Part shown: piece by piece, positions 60,899 to 64,000 of the stretch | Numbering within the stretch: the stretch's first letter is position 1 | How the letters are laid out: each line of letters begins with the position of its first letter | Assembly: GCF_049075655.1 (NCBI RefSeq) | Contig: NZ_CP157522.1 | Coordinates: 576,001-640,000, forward strand | Source of the DNA: Methanothermococcus sp. Ax23 | Lineage (GTDB): Archaea; AGJL01; Methanococci; Methanococcales; Methanococcaceae | Direction of reading: 5' to 3' | Length of the DNA: 64,000 nucleotides | Notes under the pieces: model-generated | Databases searched by the model: none | What the model saw: the letters and a program-made list of their open reading frames with translations, nothing else | What the model was told of the DNA's origin: nothing | Made by a program: the position numbers and the translations under genes

Positions 60899-63800
60899 TT
60901 ATCCCATTTTAAAGAAATCTTCTATTTTTACCTGCTTATTCTTATCATTTTCAAATAAATTATCTATCCCTTCTTTAATTAATTCCAATCTCTGTTTTAT
61001 GTAATCACTTGCGTTGTATTTTTCAGCCATTTTCTGAGAAACCTCCATATATTTTTCCACAGCTCCCTTTGAAACTGTTAATATCAATTTACTACCACAT
61101 TTTGGACATGTTCCTTTTAATGGTATTCTTCTGAATTTTGCACCACATTTACATCTTACCCCCTGCCTTGAAAATGCTCTTAAATTTCCAATTAAATCAG
61201 GGACGAAATGAGATTGAATTACCTTTTCAGCAACGTCTCTTTCATCAGTTGCCCTTATTTTTTTCGCAACAGCCAATTGAGCCTCTGTTTTTTCAAGCAT
61301 GGAACCTAATGTTTTATATGCACAAACTAATGGTCCAACATCAACACTTGAAGTTTCATGGGTATATCCAATACCTTCATATTGGGATGGCGTGCCCAAC
61401 CTATCCTCAACGGTTTCTATTAGCTGTTTAACCTCCTTAGGAGATGGCATTTCAAGTGTTTTTTCGTAGAATTCCAATGGATACTCCCAAACTGTATCCA
61501 TGTTATGAACTTCTCCATCAACTTCTTTTGGGTCAAGAAGTGTGGTTAATACAAGAGGTGCATCCATTTGCCCCCCTCTTTTATCTGGCAAAAATCGTTT
61601 GGAGAAGTTTAGAAATGCGTCTAAAAGCAAGAATATACCGTCTTCGTCCCCATCACATTGGTATGTTTGAATATTTGAATTTATAACTATATTGTGATAC
61701 TTCTTTGCATTTAGCGAATATACAAATTCATCCTCTGCCTTAACGATGGTTTTATTTCTAACTCTCACTATCCATCCATAACTGCAATCATTGGAATATA
61801 TTGTTCGTCGGTGTTTATGGAGTTCATACACATTCTGCTTTTTAGAAGATGTAAATCCAATTTCCTTAAAGAACATATGATAAAATATTGAAGTTATATT
61901 TAATGCATAAATCTTTGATATAGGAGCTCTTGTCCCTCTATTGTCATGATATTTTTTTACAATTCCATTTCTTTCATTTGCATTTTTATCAACTGTAATG
62001 TATGTTCTAATTCCATACTTTGCATTTAATAGAGTATCAACATCGAATAGCAATTCCTTATTTACACTATATACGCTTACTCTTGGCGTAGTTTTTAATG
62101 CTGTTCCATCCCCTGTGAAGTATGTTGAAAGCATCAATTTAACCTTTTCCTTTGGAAGTTTGAATATAAATGAAGGCACTCTTTTATTGTGTGCATTTGT
62201 TCCTGTCTTCAATATCTCAGTGAATAGCAAATATATTATTCTTGAACCAACGGTTATTTTTCCGTCTTTTTCATATATTCCAAACCCATCTCCAAATGCC
62301 TCATTTAATGCATCTTTAAGGTCTTTATTTACTTCCTCATCGTAATTTGAGAAGTTTATTTGATAAACGCTATTGGTCTTTCTTATGTAGCCCTCTGCTA
62401 AATAATAGCCAATTATTTTTAATAACGGTTCGATTTTAATAATTCTTTTTATATTTACCTTGTCCCGTCTTACTGCAATAAATACATCCTTTGGAATATC
62501 AGATATATCTAATTCTGCATTTTTTAATATTTTTAACAGTAAATTCAATGGTATTGTGTCTTGTTTTATATATTTGGTGATATTTTTAATCAGTTTTCCT
62601 TTTCCCTTTTCATCCCTTTCTTTTAAACAGTCCTTTGGAATATTATTTTTTATCCAATCAGCTATTCCTCTAATTCTTATGAGCTCCCATATATGTTTAT
62701 ATTCTTCCTTTGAGAGCTCCGCCAACAAATCAATATATTCGATATCCTCTTCCTCAAAATCCAATTTTGGAATTAACATTAAGTCGTTTTCTTCAATATC
62801 CATTGCATTCTTTTTTATAAATTTATCCTCTTTTTCATCATATATCATTACTGGATGGTCTGGCGTGGTTTCAAAACTTCTTCCTGTGTCGAGCTCTATA
62901 TTTATAAGATGATTTGGAGATGGTATTTTTAAAACTTCCTCAATATCCGTTAAAACCATTTTTTTATTTAATGTGTCGAAGGAATAAACCTTAATATTTA
63001 GATTATTTTTTGGTTTATTTTTAATATATGCCATATTTTCATAATACTCATTGTCATATAAATTGTAGAGCTCCTCAATTGTAATTCTTTTTACTTCCCC
63101 ATTGATATTTACCAATATACTTGTATTTGGTGGGAAGCAGTTTCTTCTCTTTGATGCGTGGAAATATGGGTGAGCATATCCAACATTTGCCTTACAATAT
63201 CCAATAATTCTACCTACCATTCCCGCAGAAGTGTGCGGAGCCATTCCTATTACTAAATGTCCTATTAAGTCCTCTTTATTCTTTACATTGTAAAATCTGT
63301 CTGTTTTATAGAATTTTTCAAGTAAATCATCAATAAACTTCGTTGCATTTACAAAATACTCTGCACAAGAATTTGGAATGATTACATCCTGCACTTTTAA
63401 TTCTATCACTTGATTTTCATCAGTTATAGGATTACCGTATATATCTTTATCATATCCTAATTCCTTCAATTTTTCAATGGAAACATTTATTTCACAAGGT
63501 TTAAAATGAGTAATAGGCACATCTGTGCAGTCAAACCTAAGGGTTCCATCCTTAAACACAAATACATCATTCATTGCCCTTAATATACCCTTTTCAAGTG
63601 GTTCAACTATTTTATCCTTTGAAGTCATACCTTTAATGCACTTTACATCGCCCGGTTTATTTATTTTTAGATTTTCTAATGCCTTATACCAATAATCCTT
63701 TAACGGGAGCTCTATCCTATTGGGTCCCGATAATTCCACATGAGCTCCACAAAATGGACATTTGTTATATAAACTTATTTTTCCACATTTTGGGCATTTT

Positions 63801-64000
63801 CCAGAATATACCTCTACTGTATCAGTTTTTCCTTCCTCTACTGCTTTATTTATTAATCTAACAACGTTACCTGCATTTCCTATTGGGAAAAGACCATTTA
63901 CTGGCGGCTTCATTTTTCTTGCAGCAGCTTTTTCAGGTCGCCCCATACGAGCTCCCACATAAACATAGGCATTTCTTTTAATCTCAAATGGTGATAGTAA
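60899..64000 (-). CDS. polC: DNA polymerase D large subunit DP2 (5' end outside window), intein-containing
   Basis: [20 protein letters not shown]|C..DGDED, MDAPL, C-terminal PIP-like QVKIEDFF. Confidence 0.95.
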   Translation of the reverse strand, partial: LLSPFEIKRNAYVYVGARMGRPEKAAARKMKPPVNGLFPIGNAGNVVRLINKAVEEGKTDTVEVYSGKCPKCGKISLYNKCPFCGAHVELSGPNRIELPLKDYWYKALENLKINKPGDVKCIKGMTSKDKIVEPLEKGILRAMNDVFVFKDGTLRFDCTDVPITHFKPCEINVSIEKLKELGYDKDIYGNPITDENQVIELKVQDVIIPNSCAEYFVNATKFIDDLLEKFYKTDRFYNVKNKEDLIGHLVIGMAPHTSAGMVGRIIGYCKANVGYAHPYFHASKRRNCFPPNTSILVNINGEVKRITIEELYNLYDNEYYENMAYIKNKPKNNLNIKVYSFDTLNKKMVLTDIEEVLKIPSPNHLINIELDTGRSFETTPDHPVMIYDEKEDKFIKKNAMDIEENDLMLIPKLDFEEEDIEYIDLLAELSKEEYKHIWELIRIRGIADWIKNNIPKDCLKERDEKGKGKLIKNITKYIKQDTIPLNLLLKILKNAELDISDIPKDVFIAVRRDKVNIKRIIKIEPLLKIIGYYLAEGYIRKTNSVYQINFSNYDEEVNKDLKDALNEAFGDGFGIYEKDGKITVGSRIIYLLFTEILKTGTNAHNKRVPSFIFKLPKEKVKLMLSTYFTGDGTALKTTPRVSVYSVNKELLFDVDTLLNAKYGIRTYITVDKNANERNGIVKKYHDNRGTRAPISKIYALNITSIFYHMFFKEIGFTSSKKQNVYELHKHRRTIYSNDCSYGWIVRVRNKTIVKAEDEFVYSLNAKKYHNIVINSNIQTYQCDGDEDGIFLLLDAFLNFSKRFLPDKRGGQMDAPLVLTTLLDPKEVDGEVHNMDTVWEYPLEFYEKTLEMPSPKEVKQLIETVEDRLGTPSQYEGIGYTHETSSVDVGPLVCAYKTLGSMLEKTEAQLAVAKKIRATDERDVAEKVIQSHFVPDLIGNLRAFSRQGVRCKCGAKFRRIPLKGTCPKCGSKLILTVSKGAVEKYMEVSQKMAEKYNASDYIKQRLELIKEGIDNLFENDKNKQVKIEDFFKMG
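61658..63139 (-). mobile_element. 494-aa intein with LAGLIDADG homing endonuclease in DP2
   Basis: KRRN|CFPPNT start, TTPDHP block B, GYYLAEG and TYFTGDG endonuclease blocks, ends QTYQ|CDGDED. Confidence 0.93.

Overview
AT-rich (about 30% GC by eye) chromosomal window of a Methanococcales methanogen, judged from aksA, mtd, comB, cfbA, mptN, methanogenesis markers 3/4/16, gatD/gatE and GGTGA-type Shine-Dalgarno (SD) sites. It is mostly housekeeping genes: ribosomal proteins, tRNA synthetases, cofactor and pyrimidine synthesis, transporters, and PolD DP2 with a LAGLIDADG intein, plus one tRNA-Ser. Accessory content: an IS607-like tnpB-only element whose omega-RNA-like scaffold lies downstream of the ORF; an orphan, promoter-equipped copy of that scaffold near 1 kb carrying an inverted (antisense) tnpB fragment; a 241-bp protein-free IS200/IS605 element with its own promoter; a frameshifted IS5-family element; a TA-flanked mini-element; and a type I R-M deletion scar beside the tRNA. 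The strongest window-wide signal is the palindrome GAGCTC, about 100 copies by hand count against about 4 expected, in all reading frames and resembling cyanobacterial HIP1; I found no GATC. No CRISPR array or rRNA was seen. Product names come from motif recognition, not database searches.
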